From contig CAVXYC010000027.1 of NCBI GenBank assembly GCA_963765765.1, positions 1-64,000 of the forward strand: a stretch of 64,000 nucleotides of DNA, read 5' to 3'. This DNA comes from an uncultured Chloroflexia bacterium. GTDB taxonomy: Bacteria; Chloroflexota; UBA6077; JACCZL01. Both the position numbers and the translations under genes were made by a program. This document shows positions 1-10,517 of this stretch, one piece after another. Position 1 is the first letter of the stretch; each line of letters begins with the position of its first letter. Below the pieces are notes generated by a model. It made no database searches, was not told where the DNA came from, and saw only the letters and a program-made list of their open reading frames with translations.

Positions 1-213
1 TCGTATCCATCAGTGGCAAAGAGCAATCGGGCGAGCAGGTTGGCCTGGTGTTGGTCACCGGAATAGAGCTGTGGCCGGTCACTGGTATCGCAAATTTGCA
101 TTACCCATTATGGCGCTCCCGCACCTGAAACAGCCGCCGACCGGTGGGTCGTCAGTTCCCCACAATTTGCCGCGCTGCTGATACCGCGCTAATTTGGAGG
201 CGCTACTGTCCCC

Positions 214-325
214 GATGACGACGATGAAGACGACACCCTCTGACGACGAGGACGACAGCGGCGACGACGATGATGATGACGGTGATGATGATGACGACGA
301 CGACGATGACGAGGACGACGACTAG
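214..325 (+). repeat. GAC/GAT trinucleotide tract encoding a poly-Asp tail, probably the 3' end of a gene entering from the left edge
   Basis: About 30 Asp/Glu codons ending at TAG 323-325. The upstream frame is broken (apparent frameshift near 235-240). Confidence 0.5.
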
Positions 326-573
326 ATCGTCATCCCCACGAAGTAGCTCGACCGTTTAGTCAACGCGATCAGTGTTAGTGAATGTGGCTACGAGTGCTAG
401 CTCACTCTTGGGGTGGGTTCACACTTTCTATGCCGAGCAGGTCAGCTGACCGGGAGACTATCCAAAAGCCTGAATGGATCGAGGGTATCGTCCCGCGAGG
501 ATTTAGTTGCAAACTAGCAACCTGATCCGATTGAAATTCCTAGGAACCAAATATCGCTTTCGTCGTGGAGGCG

Positions 574-1600
574 TTATCGAAACGCCGGCATCACTTCCTC
601 GGCGAAGAGCCGCATGGAGCGCAGCACCTGCTGCTGCGTGAGATCGCCGAACCAGAAACTTGCGTTGAAGTGGTCGATGCCCATTGCGTCGTGTATTCGG
701 CGGAGCTGCTGAATGCACGTATCGGGCGTGCCGATGACGCTGAACTTCTCCAGGATGTCATCGGTGCTTGGCTCGTTGTCGAACGGCACAGCCATGGCGT
801 GCCCGTTCTCAACGCGCTCGTAGTTGTTCCGCAGGCTCAGCGTCACACGCATGTTCCAGCGGGCATGCTCCGCCGCGGCGCGAGCGTCAGCCTCGTTATC
901 GGTCACATACACCGGCCGCTGGGTCCCCACGTGAATTGGTTTAGCGGGAGGAGTGCGAGCGACCTGATCGTCGAACACCTGCCGAAACTCGCGCAGGCGC
1001 TCCAGCGGCACGCCGAACCCGCCGGACACAAGGTGGAACCCGCGTTTCACAGTTGCCTGAACTGATTCCGCGCTCTGGGCCGTCACCCAGATAGGCGGGT
1101 GGGGCTGCTGAAGACATTGTGGGAAGACCGTCGTCTCATCGATCGTGAAATACTTCCCGTCGTACCGGAACGGCTTCCTGGCCAGATCCGAGGAGGATGA
1201 TGTCCACCGCCTCCTCCCAACGATCGCGACTTTCGTCCAGCCGCTGCCCGAGGCGCTCGAACTCATAGCGCTGGTACCCCCGCCCCAGACCCACGTCAAG
1301 GCGTCCGCCGCTGAGCAGGTCCACCGTGGCGATCTCCTCGGCGATCACTAGAGGATGGTGCAGCGGAACGACGATGACGGCCGTACCTACTCGTATCCGC
1401 CGGGTACGATTCGCCAGGTGCAAGGCGAGCATAAGCGGTCGCGAGAGATATCCGTATGTGGAGAAGTGATGCTCGGCCAGCCACATGTTCGCGAAACCGA
1501 GATCCTCGGCCGCCTGAGTAATCTCTACGCCACGCTCGTATTGCGCGGCCGAAGTCTCCGCCGACGGGGACTGCATGAGCAGGAACGTTCCGAATTCCAT
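574..1600 (-). CDS. LLM-class flavin-dependent oxidoreductase (luciferase-like monooxygenase), frameshifted near 1185
   Basis: N-half ORF 1136-1600 has MEFGTF, WLAEHHF, IAEEIATVDLLSGGRLDVGLGRGY. C-half ORF 574-1299 has QQPHPPIW, IGTPD, SMRLFAEEVMPAF. Confidence 0.9.
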
Positions 1601-1650
1601 GGGGTCTCCTCCGTTCCAGGGCGAAAGGGTTGAGGCTGGGCGCGCTTCAG

Positions 1651-2886
1651 CTACGCAGACCTGACCGCTTCAGCACTTACCGGCGCCTGGGCAGTATTCG
1701 TCTCTCCGAGCTTGTAGACGAGCGGCGAGAACAAGCCAACAATCACGGAGAACGCGCCAAAGATGGTGAGCGACGTGGTGATGCTGGTGCCGTCAGCAAT
1801 GAAACCGAAGACCAGCGGTGCAAGCAGCATGGCCACGGCCCAGTAAAGACTCACGACAGCGAGCGCCATGGCGCGCTCGTTTGGATTGCTCTTCAGCGCA
1901 GCCAGCGTCGGGTAGAGCGTTCGAAGCGTCCCAAAGGTCATTCCCGATGCAAACATCAGCACAACAGGCAGCACCACGCCGCCGGCGTTGGCATTCCACA
2001 TTGAGATAGCTCCGGTAAGCACCATCCCCAGGACTCCCACGGTGCGCGCACCGAATCGGGCGAGGAGCGCGCCAAAGAAATAGGCCACAAGCACGGTGCC
2101 GAGGCCGTTGAGCGACCGGACGGCGCCCGTCAATCCCTCGCTATAGCCAATATCGCGGAAGTACGCGATGAACAACCCGCCCACAAGGCCGGCGTAGGCC
2201 GCCGCCATGAACGCCACCAGGTGGGCAAAAGCCAGGGAACGCGAGAAGAGCATCGTCTTGACCGGAGCGAAGCTGTCCTTGATCGAGCGGACCTGTCCTT
2301 TCCGAGCCAGGGAAGGGAGGCTGCTAGTGACGATGAGCCCCGCGGTCGACAATCCCGCCGCGATCACGAAAGCAGGCTGGAACCCGAAAATCTCAGCCAT
2401 GAAACCCGCCGCAAGCCCACCCAGAATACCAGCCCCAGACTCAAACGCAAGCTGGCGGCCCATGACCTTGCCAGCCTCGCCCTCAGCGCTGCGGCTGATA
2501 TACGACTGGGCGGCCGACCAATACACCGATCGCGATGCTCCGTTGAGCAGCTGCGACGCCAGCAGGGGCATGATGCTATCGGCAAAAATGGCGATCAAGG
2601 CGCTGATGAGCAACGTCACGAATGCGAACGTGATTACCACGCGCTCGCCGAACCGGTCGGAGATGGCACCACCCGGCAGGCGTAGCGCGATCATGAAGAC
2701 AGCCGGCGCCGCGATGAGGATGCCCTGATCCGAAAGACGGAACCCTTGCTGAATGGCGTAGAGCGGGATCAACAGCCCCATGGCGCTCATCGTCACGCCA
2801 TACATCGACCCATTAAAGAACGCGAGGTTCGTGGGCTGCTGCCTCGGATGGCGGGCGAATGCTGCAAAACCTGAGACAAGTGACAT
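1651..2886 (-). CDS. MFS transporter
   Basis: 411 aa, about 12 hydrophobic segments, motif A GAISDRFGER, AGGAGG RBS upstream. Confidence 0.9.
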   Translation of the reverse strand: MSLVSGFAAFARHPRQQPTNLAFFNGSMYGVTMSAMGLLIPLYAIQQGFRLSDQGILIAAPAVFMIALRLPGGAISDRFGERVVITFAFVTLLISALIAIFADSIMPLLASQLLNGASRSVYWSAAQSYISRSAEGEAGKVMGRQLAFESGAGILGGLAAGFMAEIFGFQPAFVIAAGLSTAGLIVTSSLPSLARKGQVRSIKDSFAPVKTMLFSRSLAFAHLVAFMAAAYAGLVGGLFIAYFRDIGYSEGLTGAVRSLNGLGTVLVAYFFGALLARFGARTVGVLGMVLTGAISMWNANAGGVVLPVVLMFASGMTFGTLRTLYPTLAALKSNPNERAMALAVVSLYWAVAMLLAPLVFGFIADGTSITTSLTIFGAFSVIVGLFSPLVYKLGETNTAQAPVSAEAVRSA

Positions 2887-2890
2887 GTTT

Positions 2891-2935
2891 CGCCTTTAAA
2901 GGCCTCCTAGCCAGCCTGCAAAGCATATCCGAGAA
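2891..2935 (-). promoter_or_regulatory. Putative promoter/leader (-10 TATGCT), duplicated at 4811-4855
   Basis: Identical 17-mer CAAAGCATATCCGAGAA (+ strand) at 2919-2935 and 4839-4855, both upstream of minus-strand MFS genes. Confidence 0.55.
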
Positions 2936-3344
2936 AGTGGCGGCATGTGTATCCCAGTTGGCGCCCTTGCTCGGGACGTCCGAAATTACTTCCTCGAATT
3001 TGCGTCCTTCCCATGGAGCGTCCGCCGCCATCTGACGACTTTGAAGGCAGTGACGCTTATGATCCGAATAGCTGCGACATCGAAAGGCCAGTTAGTGGGC
3101 TTCCGTTTTGCCATGCACGATGGTTCAAATCTGCTGAGTGATCGAACGTGTCAGCCGTCACGGCCTTGCTGGCCGAATTCCATTGCGCTGAGAATAGCCT
3201 TCGCTGACTCGAAGTGACCCGGCAGGCGTAGACATCCGGTGAATCGATCTACCAGGGTGGGGTTGCCCCAGTCATCCACATGGGACTGCAGCAAGCCATC
3301 CGTCAGATCGCCAGGTGTGGCCGCGAGACCCGTCTGCAGCCGGA

Positions 3345-4667
3345 TCACCTCTCCAGGGCAGGCTCAACGTCTTCGTTGAGTCGCCTGCGACCTGCGTCGC
3401 CTTGGTGCTCCCGAATCCGAAACAACCGTCGTCGATGAATCAGCAAGTTCTCCACGATCGCCGCGCTGCTGATCCCAAGCACCGTGGGCACGCCGATCAC
3501 GCTGCCGATTGCACCGAGGGCGAAGCCGCCAAAGGCCATGAAGCCGATGCACAGACCGTACAGGCTCACGATTCGGCCGCGCATGCGCGGCGGCGATACG
3601 ATCTGCAGGAGTGAGCTGAGACCAAGGTCGTAGGCCATCAGAAGGCCGGTTGTCAGGAGTGCACACAGCATCGAAAGGGCCAGGTGGCGAGAGAGCGAAA
3701 AGGCCAGCAGGGACGCAGCGGCGGCGAGCGCGCACCAGAAGATGAGCCGTGGCTTGTTGCGAACGTTTCCGAGCGCCGCGACGCTGAGGATCGCCAGGCC
3801 GGCGCCAACCCCGCTCGCCGCGGAGATCAGGCCGAGCCCAAAAGCGCCAACGTTCAGTACGTCCTTCGCCATCACTGGCACCATGGTCTGATAGGAGAAG
3901 CCAAACGCCTCCATTCCAACTGAGACCATCAGGAGCGTGCGAATCTGCCAGTCCGCCGCGCCGTAGCGCATCCCCTCGACGGCCAGCCTAAGGAAGCCCG
4001 TGGGTGGGGCGGGCACTCGCATCGTCGGCGGTAGCAGCAATAGCACCCACGGAGCCAGAAACAGCACCACGCTGACCAGAGCGTACGCGGCCCACGTGCC
4101 CACTTCCGCCAGCAAGAAGCCCATCACCAGTGAACCGGAGATCATCATCGGGACGGTGGCGATGCGGCGGAGCGACATGGCGTTGAGCAGCCGCTGCGGC
4201 CCGGCCACGTCGTACACCAGGCCGTTGGTCACGGTCATATCCACCGTAAGCGCGGCGCCTAGGAGCAGCGAGGTTGCCAGCGCCAGCGGCAACGTTGCGA
4301 CCTCGAAGTAACAGGCGACCGCCAACACCCCCGCGACTAGCGCCGTCGCGAGCTGCGCCGCGAAGACGACCAATCGCCGGTCGAGTCGATCGCTCATAAC
4401 CCCGGCGATGATCGCGAACACCACCCGGCCCACACCATTGAGGCCGACCGACACGCCCACCCAGAACGGTGAATCGCCCGAGAGCGACAGCACCAGCCAG
4501 CCCTGCACCAGGTTGGACGCGGTCATCCCAATGGATGACAGCAATCCATCCGCGAAGACGAGTCGGAACTCGGGAATGCGCAGCGCGTCGAAGGGGTTAC
4601 CGCGCCCGGATTCGGCGATCGTCGGTTCAGTAGGAATGTTCGGCATGCTTGCACGGCCGGCTGTCAC
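3345..4667 (-). CDS. MFS transporter (MFS_3/DHA3-like)
   Basis: 440 aa, motif A GVMSDRLDRR, C-terminal MRGRIVSLY motif. The start could be the second ATG. Confidence 0.9.
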   Translation of the reverse strand: MTAGRASMPNIPTEPTIAESGRGNPFDALRIPEFRLVFADGLLSSIGMTASNLVQGWLVLSLSGDSPFWVGVSVGLNGVGRVVFAIIAGVMSDRLDRRLVVFAAQLATALVAGVLAVACYFEVATLPLALATSLLLGAALTVDMTVTNGLVYDVAGPQRLLNAMSLRRIATVPMMISGSLVMGFLLAEVGTWAAYALVSVVLFLAPWVLLLLPPTMRVPAPPTGFLRLAVEGMRYGAADWQIRTLLMVSVGMEAFGFSYQTMVPVMAKDVLNVGAFGLGLISAASGVGAGLAILSVAALGNVRNKPRLIFWCALAAAASLLAFSLSRHLALSMLCALLTTGLLMAYDLGLSSLLQIVSPPRMRGRIVSLYGLCIGFMAFGGFALGAIGSVIGVPTVLGISSAAIVENLLIHRRRLFRIREHQGDAGRRRLNEDVEPALER

Positions 4668-4810
4668 GTGTCACCCAGGTGCTCTCCCTGACGTCGCACG
4701 TCGGCCGAGGCGCGGCCCCCAAGCGTCTTGATGAGCACAGCGACATCGTACTTACCTGACTCGCCGTCACTCGGGCGGCCGCCCTCGATCGCGAATGCGG
4801 CAACGAGATC

Positions 4811-4855
4811 CGCCTTAACCGCCTGCTTGGACAGTCTACAAAGCATATCCGAGAA
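4811..4855 (-). promoter_or_regulatory. Second copy of the MFS-associated promoter motif
   Basis: Similar to 2891-2935 over about 45 bp, with 17 bp identical. Confidence 0.5.
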
Positions 4856-5091
4856 TGCGACGCCGTGAATATGCCGACCATTCGGACCGAGACAATCGTT
4901 TGCAGGTATCCTGGCGGCCCCCTGGTCAGCTTCATGACGTCGCTCCTCGCACAAGCCACCTCTTCAGTGCCACCATAGGCGAACCTGGTCATGCCAGGAT
5001 CACCAGCGAGACCTGAGGTCACAGTGGTCGACCCTGCGTGATCTAGAATGGCAAGCCACAGGTGCTACTTCGCTGCGTCATGGAGGTCCCA

Positions 5092-5721
5092 ATGACCGAT
5101 GGCTCTGGACCCGCGGTCCACGTTCCGCGCGGCGAGGCCCGCGCGTTTAACCTGCGCAGGGGCCAGCTCATCCGTCTCACTCAGCTTCCGCCGGGGGGAC
5201 AGGTGATAGACCTCACGGCCATGAACCCTGAGAATCACCATGAGCGGCTCTGGGGCTCCAAGACAGCGTGGGAGTACGGTGTCCACCTCACGACCGGAGC
5301 CGTACTACTCTCCACCGGACCGTGGGAGCGGCCGCTCCTCACGATTGTGGCGAATACGCTTCCGACGGAACCGAGTGCGAAAGGCACGCTCTATCACGAC
5401 GTGATGGCCGGCTGTTGCTCCACGAAATCGCACATCAGACGATACGGCGAGGATCAGACGCTCCCGGGCTGCTTCGACGTGATGGCGACAGCCCTCAAGC
5501 CATTCGGCATCCCACCGGATTTCGTCCAGGACGTCTTCAATCCATTCATGCGCACCGGCGTATCCGACAACCGACTCTTTCACGAGCCATCAGGCGCCGC
5601 CGAGGGTGACTATGTGGAGCTGCGGGCCGAAATGGACGTTCTTGTTGCAATGAGCGCGTGCCAGGGCCGGTCGAGCAAGGCCGGCAGTGACGGCGTGCTG
5701 GTAACCATCCGAGACGAGTGA
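5092..5721 (+). CDS. Urea carboxylase-associated family protein (DUF1989)
   Basis: GGQVIDL, HDVMAGCC, PGCF, FNPFM, GDYVELRAEMDVLVAMSAC. GGAGG RBS before ATG 5092. Confidence 0.85.
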   Translation: MTDGSGPAVHVPRGEARAFNLRRGQLIRLTQLPPGGQVIDLTAMNPENHHERLWGSKTAWEYGVHLTTGAVLLSTGPWERPLLTIVANTLPTEPSAKGTLYHDVMAGCCSTKSHIRRYGEDQTLPGCFDVMATALKPFGIPPDFVQDVFNPFMRTGVSDNRLFHEPSGAAEGDYVELRAEMDVLVAMSACQGRSSKAGSDGVLVTIRDE

Positions 5722-5791
5722 TGTCAGCCGGATGTGCGCCTGCTAGCGGCCGGTGACACGAGGTCCAGGATGCGCCGGGGTAGGTTGTTCC

Positions 5792-7137
5792 ATGCATGAC
5801 CTTCTGGTCGAGGGTGGCATCGTTGTCTCGCCCACCGGATCGGTCCAGGCGAATCTCGTCGTAGACGGTGGGCGAGTTGTGGCGTTGACCACTGACCGGC
5901 CCGACGCTCGGAAGATGATCAACGCGGATGGGTTGTGGGTGTTGCCGGGAATGGTGGACGAGCACGTTCATTTCATGGATCCGGGGCCAACAGAGCGAGA
6001 GGATTTCATCACCGGCTCGTCCGCCGCGGCCGTGGGCGGAGTCACAACCGTCATCGAACACACGCATGCTCAGCCGGTGCGCTCGCGTGAGTTCCTGCTG
6101 GAGAAATCACGCTATCTCGCAGGGCGCTCGCTCGTGGACTTCGGCCTTGCCGCGCACGTCTGGCCGGAGGACATCGGCCAGCTACCGGCTATGTGGGCAG
6201 CCGGGGCGACGTTGTTCAAGGTCTTCACCTGCACCACCCACGGTGTGCCCGCCATGCTACCGGGAAGGCTTCTGGAGCTGCTCCGCACCGTGGCCTGCGT
6301 TCGATGGCCTGTGCCTGCTCCATTGTGAGGACGAGACCATCACCGGCGAAGCCGAAGAGCGACTCCGCCTGGCAGGTCGGACCGATCCCCGCGTCATCCT
6401 GGAATGGCGCAGCCGCGAGGCTGAACAGATCGCCGCCAGCATTGCGACAACGATCGCGCGCTGGAGCAGCGCCCGAGTCGTCATCGCCCATGCCAGCCAG
6501 CCAGAGGTTGTAGACGTTGCCGTTCGAGAGCGTGCACGCGGCGGGCGCATCAGGATCGAGACCTGCCCGCAGTACCTGTATTTGCGCGAGGATGAGATCG
6601 ATACGGAGGGTCCGTTTCGCAAGTTCACCCCGCCGGCACGCTCGGCAGCTGAATCAGACGGACTATGGGAGCGCATCGCCAGCGGCGCCATCGATCACGT
6701 GCAGACCGACCACGCGCCATCAACTCGCGAGCAGAAGCTCGAGCACGACATCTGGGAGTGCCACTTCGGCCTACCTGGCATCGAGACGACGCTCACCATG
6801 CTGCTGGAAGGTGTTGCCGCGGGCAAGATCAGCATCGAGCACGTCGTCAGTCTGTACAGCGAGCGGCCGGCCCGAACGCTGGGACTCTATCCAAGAAAGG
6901 GCGCGTTGCTCCCCGGCTCAGATGCCGACTTCGTGCTGGTGGATCCTTCCGCACGAGCGCGAGCTACGTAACGAAGACGTGGTCAGCAAGGCCGGCTGGA
7001 CGCCCTACCACGGCCGCCGCGTCCACGGTCGTCCCGTGCTCACCGCACTGCGCGGCCAAGTCATCGCCGAGGAGGGTCGGGTAGTCGACGAGCCCGGAAT
7101 CGGTCGCTACATACCTGGGCCAGGCGCTCGTCGCTAG
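5792..7137 (+). CDS. Cyclic amidohydrolase (allantoinase/dihydroorotase family), frameshifted near 6295 and 6955
   Basis: LPGMVDEHVH, AAAVGGVTTV, HCED, ETCPQYL, TDHAP, GSDADFVLVD, GWTPYHG, spread over three frames. Confidence 0.88.
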
Positions 7138-7285
7138 TCGGAGAACCAGGATCGTCAGGTGGTGTCGGGCATCTTGCCCGACAGTTGAGCGACCAAGCAT
7201 CAGTGCTCAGCCTGGGCTACTGACGGACGAAGGGTCCGGAACGCAGAGTTCGGTAACTCCTCGCACCCAGTCAGAATGTCGGGAA

Positions 7286-7306
7286 ATTGACACTCGAAGT
7301 GTCAAT
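7286..7306. promoter_or_regulatory. Perfect palindromic operator-like site ATTGACACT-CGA-AGTGTCAAT
   Basis: 9-bp perfect inverted repeat 80 bp upstream of the acyl-CoA dehydrogenase start. Confidence 0.6.
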
Positions 7307-7386
7307 CTTTGTCACATCTCGGTTGCAAGCGTGGCCTAGACTGCGCGTAGCGAGCCTTTTAGGACCGTCACGACGGGAGACAAACG

Positions 7387-8568
7387 ATGACCGCGACCGA
7401 ATTCAGGCCCATTTTGACCGACGAGCTCTTGGAACGTTTCGGCGAACGAGCCCCAATCTACGATAGGGAGAATCGATTCTTCGCTGAGGATTTCGAGGAG
7501 CTTCGTGACGCGGGCTATCTGATGCTGGCGGTACCCCAGGAGCTCGGCGGGCGCGGCATGTCTCTGGCAGACGTCTGCCGCGAGGAACGACGTCTGGCCT
7601 ACCGCGCTCCGGCCACCGCCCTAGCTACCAACATGCACCTCTACTGGACAGGCGTGGCCGCTGATCTGCTTCGCATGGGGGATGACTCCCTCAAATGGAT
7701 CCTGGAAGAGGCGGCCGCGGGAGAGGTGTTTGCCGCGGGTCACGGCGAATCGGGCAATGACCTGCCACTGCTTTACTCCACGGCTAAGGCGGAGCGAGCA
7801 GATGGTGGCTACCGCTTCTCCGGCCGTAAGATGTTCGGCTCCCTTACACCGGTCTGGACCCGAATGGGCATCCACGCCATGGATACTTCCGACCCGGCGA
7901 ACCCTAAGGTGGTTCACGCGTTCATGCCACGTGACACGGACGGCTACCACATCGAGGAAACATGGGACGTACTCGGCATGCGGGCCACCCGCAGCGACGA
8001 CACGGTCCTGGAGGGCGCCTTCGTCCCCGATCGGTATATCGCACGAGTCAACGATCCCGGCTTCCCCGGAGCCGAATTGTTCGTTCTGAGCATCTTTGCC
8101 TGGGCGGAGTGCACGTTCGGCAGCATTTACATGGGTCTGGCCAAACGAGCACTCGATCTCACCGTCGAATCGGCGAAAAAGAAGACATCGGTGGCCGGAC
8201 TTAACCGCTCCATGGCCTACCATCCAGAGGTCCAGCACGCCGTGGCTGAGATGGCGCTCCTCCTTGAGGGCGCACTGCCGCACGTCGAACGAACGGCCGA
8301 TGACTGGTCGAACGGTGTAGACCATGGCGGCGAATGGCCGGCCAAGCTGGTGGCAACCAAGTACCACTGTGTGGAGGCGGCGAAGAAGATCGTGGACCTG
8401 GCGCTCGACGTCAGCGGCGGAAGCGGTATGTTCAAGCGAAGCGAGCTAGAGCGGCTGTACCGCGACGTCCGCTGCGGAGGCTTCCACCCCGCCAACGGAC
8501 TGCTAGTGCACGAGCTGGTTGGCAAAACGGCTCTAGGCGTGCTCGGCGAAGAGCCGCGCTGGGGCTAG
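7387..8568 (+). CDS. Acyl-CoA dehydrogenase family protein
   Basis: VPQELGGRG, FSGRKMFGS, WDVLGMRATRSD, ELERLYRDVR. Confidence 0.92.
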   Translation: MTATEFRPILTDELLERFGERAPIYDRENRFFAEDFEELRDAGYLMLAVPQELGGRGMSLADVCREERRLAYRAPATALATNMHLYWTGVAADLLRMGDDSLKWILEEAAAGEVFAAGHGESGNDLPLLYSTAKAERADGGYRFSGRKMFGSLTPVWTRMGIHAMDTSDPANPKVVHAFMPRDTDGYHIEETWDVLGMRATRSDDTVLEGAFVPDRYIARVNDPGFPGAELFVLSIFAWAECTFGSIYMGLAKRALDLTVESAKKKTSVAGLNRSMAYHPEVQHAVAEMALLLEGALPHVERTADDWSNGVDHGGEWPAKLVATKYHCVEAAKKIVDLALDVSGGSGMFKRSELERLYRDVRCGGFHPANGLLVHELVGKTALGVLGEEPRWG

Positions 8569-8582
8569 CCGCAGTCATCCAG

Positions 8583-8626
8583 AAAGCCCCATTGGCTTCG
8601 GTCCAATCGAAGCCAACGGGGCTTTT
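8583..8626 (+). terminator. Intrinsic terminator
   Basis: Stem AAAGCCCC-A-TTGGCTTCG / CGAAGCCAA-C-GGGGCTTTT right after the stop. Confidence 0.75.
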
Positions 8627-8733
8627 CGCATTGTGCTCACTAACGTGCGCGAAGCGCCTTGCTTGACTTGCTCTAGCCGAGCAGTGATGATGCCAATTGG
8701 AATCCGCCCTGGCTCAAGACCAAGGAGGCCGGC

Positions 8734-10122
8734 ATGGTATCGATCATCCGATCACGAGGGGACCGGTCCATCCGGTCGTTCATCGATCCTGAGCGTGGCA
8801 CGGTCAGCCGGGAGACGTACGTAAACCCGGATATCTTCGATCAGGAGATGGAGCAGATCTTCCAGCGCTGCTGGCTGCTGCTCGGGCACGAGACTCAGAT
8901 TCCCAACCCGGGCGACTTCGTGGTCACGCGCATGGGCACCGAAGAGGTGATCATGGTGCGGGATCGCAAGGACAAGCAGATCCGAGCGTTCCTGAACTCC
9001 TGTCGGCATCGCGGCGAGAAGGTCTGCCGCTACGACCAGGGCAACAGCCTGGTGTTCACGTGCCCGTTCCATGCCTGGACCTATGACACCAAGGGCAACC
9101 TCGTTGGCGCCGGCTTCCAGAACTCCCCTGAGGCCTACACGGACACACTGAACAAGTCCGAGTGGGGTTTGGTTGAAGTGGCTCAGCTCTGTAATTTCTA
9201 CGGGATGATCTGGGCCACCTGGGATCGCAAGGCTCCGTCATTCCAGGATTATCTGGGGCCGTTCGCAGAGAGTCTGCGGCACTGCTTGCAGTCCACCGAC
9301 GGCGAGGACGCGGGGCTGGAGATGTTCACGCCATTCCAGCGCCATCGCCTGCCCACGAACTGGAAGGTGCCCGGCTTCACCTCTGTAACGGATCTGACCC
9401 ATACGGCTATGACGCACCGATCTGCCGCCGCGGCCGGACTGGATGAAGATCGCGGTGAGGGCAAAGAGAAATCGAGCATTCCATTTCCGAAAGAGAAATA
9501 TGCCTGTGGCGACCATAATCTGGGTCACGGCGGGATGCTTACGCTCTACAACCAGCCGGGCGTTCCGCCCTACACCAATGAGTGGTACGAGCCCGGTGTG
9601 GACGACTACTTCCGTGAGCAGGCGGCGAGGAAGAATGAGAAGTATAAGGACAAGATCATGCCGCCGCACGGCTGGGGCGGCGGTCACTTTGCCATTTGGC
9701 CGTGCGTCATGATCGATAGCTGGCGCATCCGCTACTACCACCCGCACGCTGTGGGCATGGTGGAGCGCTGGACGCTCTCGGGGGTAGACAAAAACGCGCC
9801 CGACTTCGTAAAGGACGCCCTGCGTCACCACTCCGAACGCCATAACGGTCCAGTCGGATACTTTGAGTCAGACGACATGGAGAACTGGAACTACGTCTAT
9901 CCCGCCAGTCAGGGCGCCACAGCGCGGAAGAACGATTACTTCTTCCGCAACGGCATGGGCCATGGCCGGTATGACGAGCGGTTCCCGGGCGTGGTGATCA
10001 ACGGCTCCTACACGGAAGAGGCGCACCGGGCGCGGTTCAGTCGATGGCTGGCCTTCATGGAGGCCGATAGCTGGGACGACCTGTATCCGGTCAACAAGGC
10101 GGCGGACCACCGCATCTGGTAG
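8734..10122 (+). CDS. Aromatic ring-hydroxylating dioxygenase alpha subunit (Rieske)
   Basis: Rieske ligands CRHRG and CPFHAW; mononuclear-iron region NWK..DLTHTAMTH; DDMENW. AGGAGG RBS. Confidence 0.92.
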   Translation: MVSIIRSRGDRSIRSFIDPERGTVSRETYVNPDIFDQEMEQIFQRCWLLLGHETQIPNPGDFVVTRMGTEEVIMVRDRKDKQIRAFLNSCRHRGEKVCRYDQGNSLVFTCPFHAWTYDTKGNLVGAGFQNSPEAYTDTLNKSEWGLVEVAQLCNFYGMIWATWDRKAPSFQDYLGPFAESLRHCLQSTDGEDAGLEMFTPFQRHRLPTNWKVPGFTSVTDLTHTAMTHRSAAAAGLDEDRGEGKEKSSIPFPKEKYACGDHNLGHGGMLTLYNQPGVPPYTNEWYEPGVDDYFREQAARKNEKYKDKIMPPHGWGGGHFAIWPCVMIDSWRIRYYHPHAVGMVERWTLSGVDKNAPDFVKDALRHHSERHNGPVGYFESDDMENWNYVYPASQGATARKNDYFFRNGMGHGRYDERFPGVVINGSYTEEAHRARFSRWLAFMEADSWDDLYPVNKAADHRIW

Positions 10123-10234
10123 TAGGTCGTCTCGTAAGCGATGAATTGAGAGCGCCCCACCTTTTGGTGAGGCGCTTTTGATACATCTCACGGCAGGGCA
10201 AGCGAGTTTCGAGCTCGCGAGAGGACCCTACCCC

Positions 10235-10400
10235 AGCCGTCAAAGCGGATGCCGGAGCCGGCCACCAGGTCTTTGACGGTGCCCGAGACCAGCACAACTC
10301 CCGTGGCGCGCGGTGGACATCACTTGCGCTCCGATATGAACGGCGATTCCTCCGATGTCATCACCGAGCAATTCGCATTCCCCGGTATGGAGACCGCGCG
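10235..10400 (-). pseudogene. C-terminal fragment of a class III adenylate/guanylate cyclase
   Basis: Reads RGLHTGECELLGDDIGGIAVHIGAQV, then after a frameshift VLVSGTVKDLVAGSGIRF. No N-terminus present. Confidence 0.75.
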
Positions 10401-10517
10401 GACATGTGTCGATCGGCACAAATATGCCGGTTGGTCGCGCATGCACCTGCCCGAATTCTGGGGCTGGTGCTAGCATCACTATCTGCCGCGGAGTGGACCG
10501 ATTCGGGGATTAGAGAG

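Noticed and set aside
3151-3348. 65-aa ORF coupled to the MFS stop codon
   Set aside because: No recognisable motif; cannot be told apart from chance without a homology search.
2813-4954. Paralogous leader peptides sharing FSDMLCRL (ORFs 2813-3031 and 4664-4954)
   Set aside because: Similarity is limited to the shared DNA motif and the ORFs are otherwise unrelated, so a promoter duplication explains it better.
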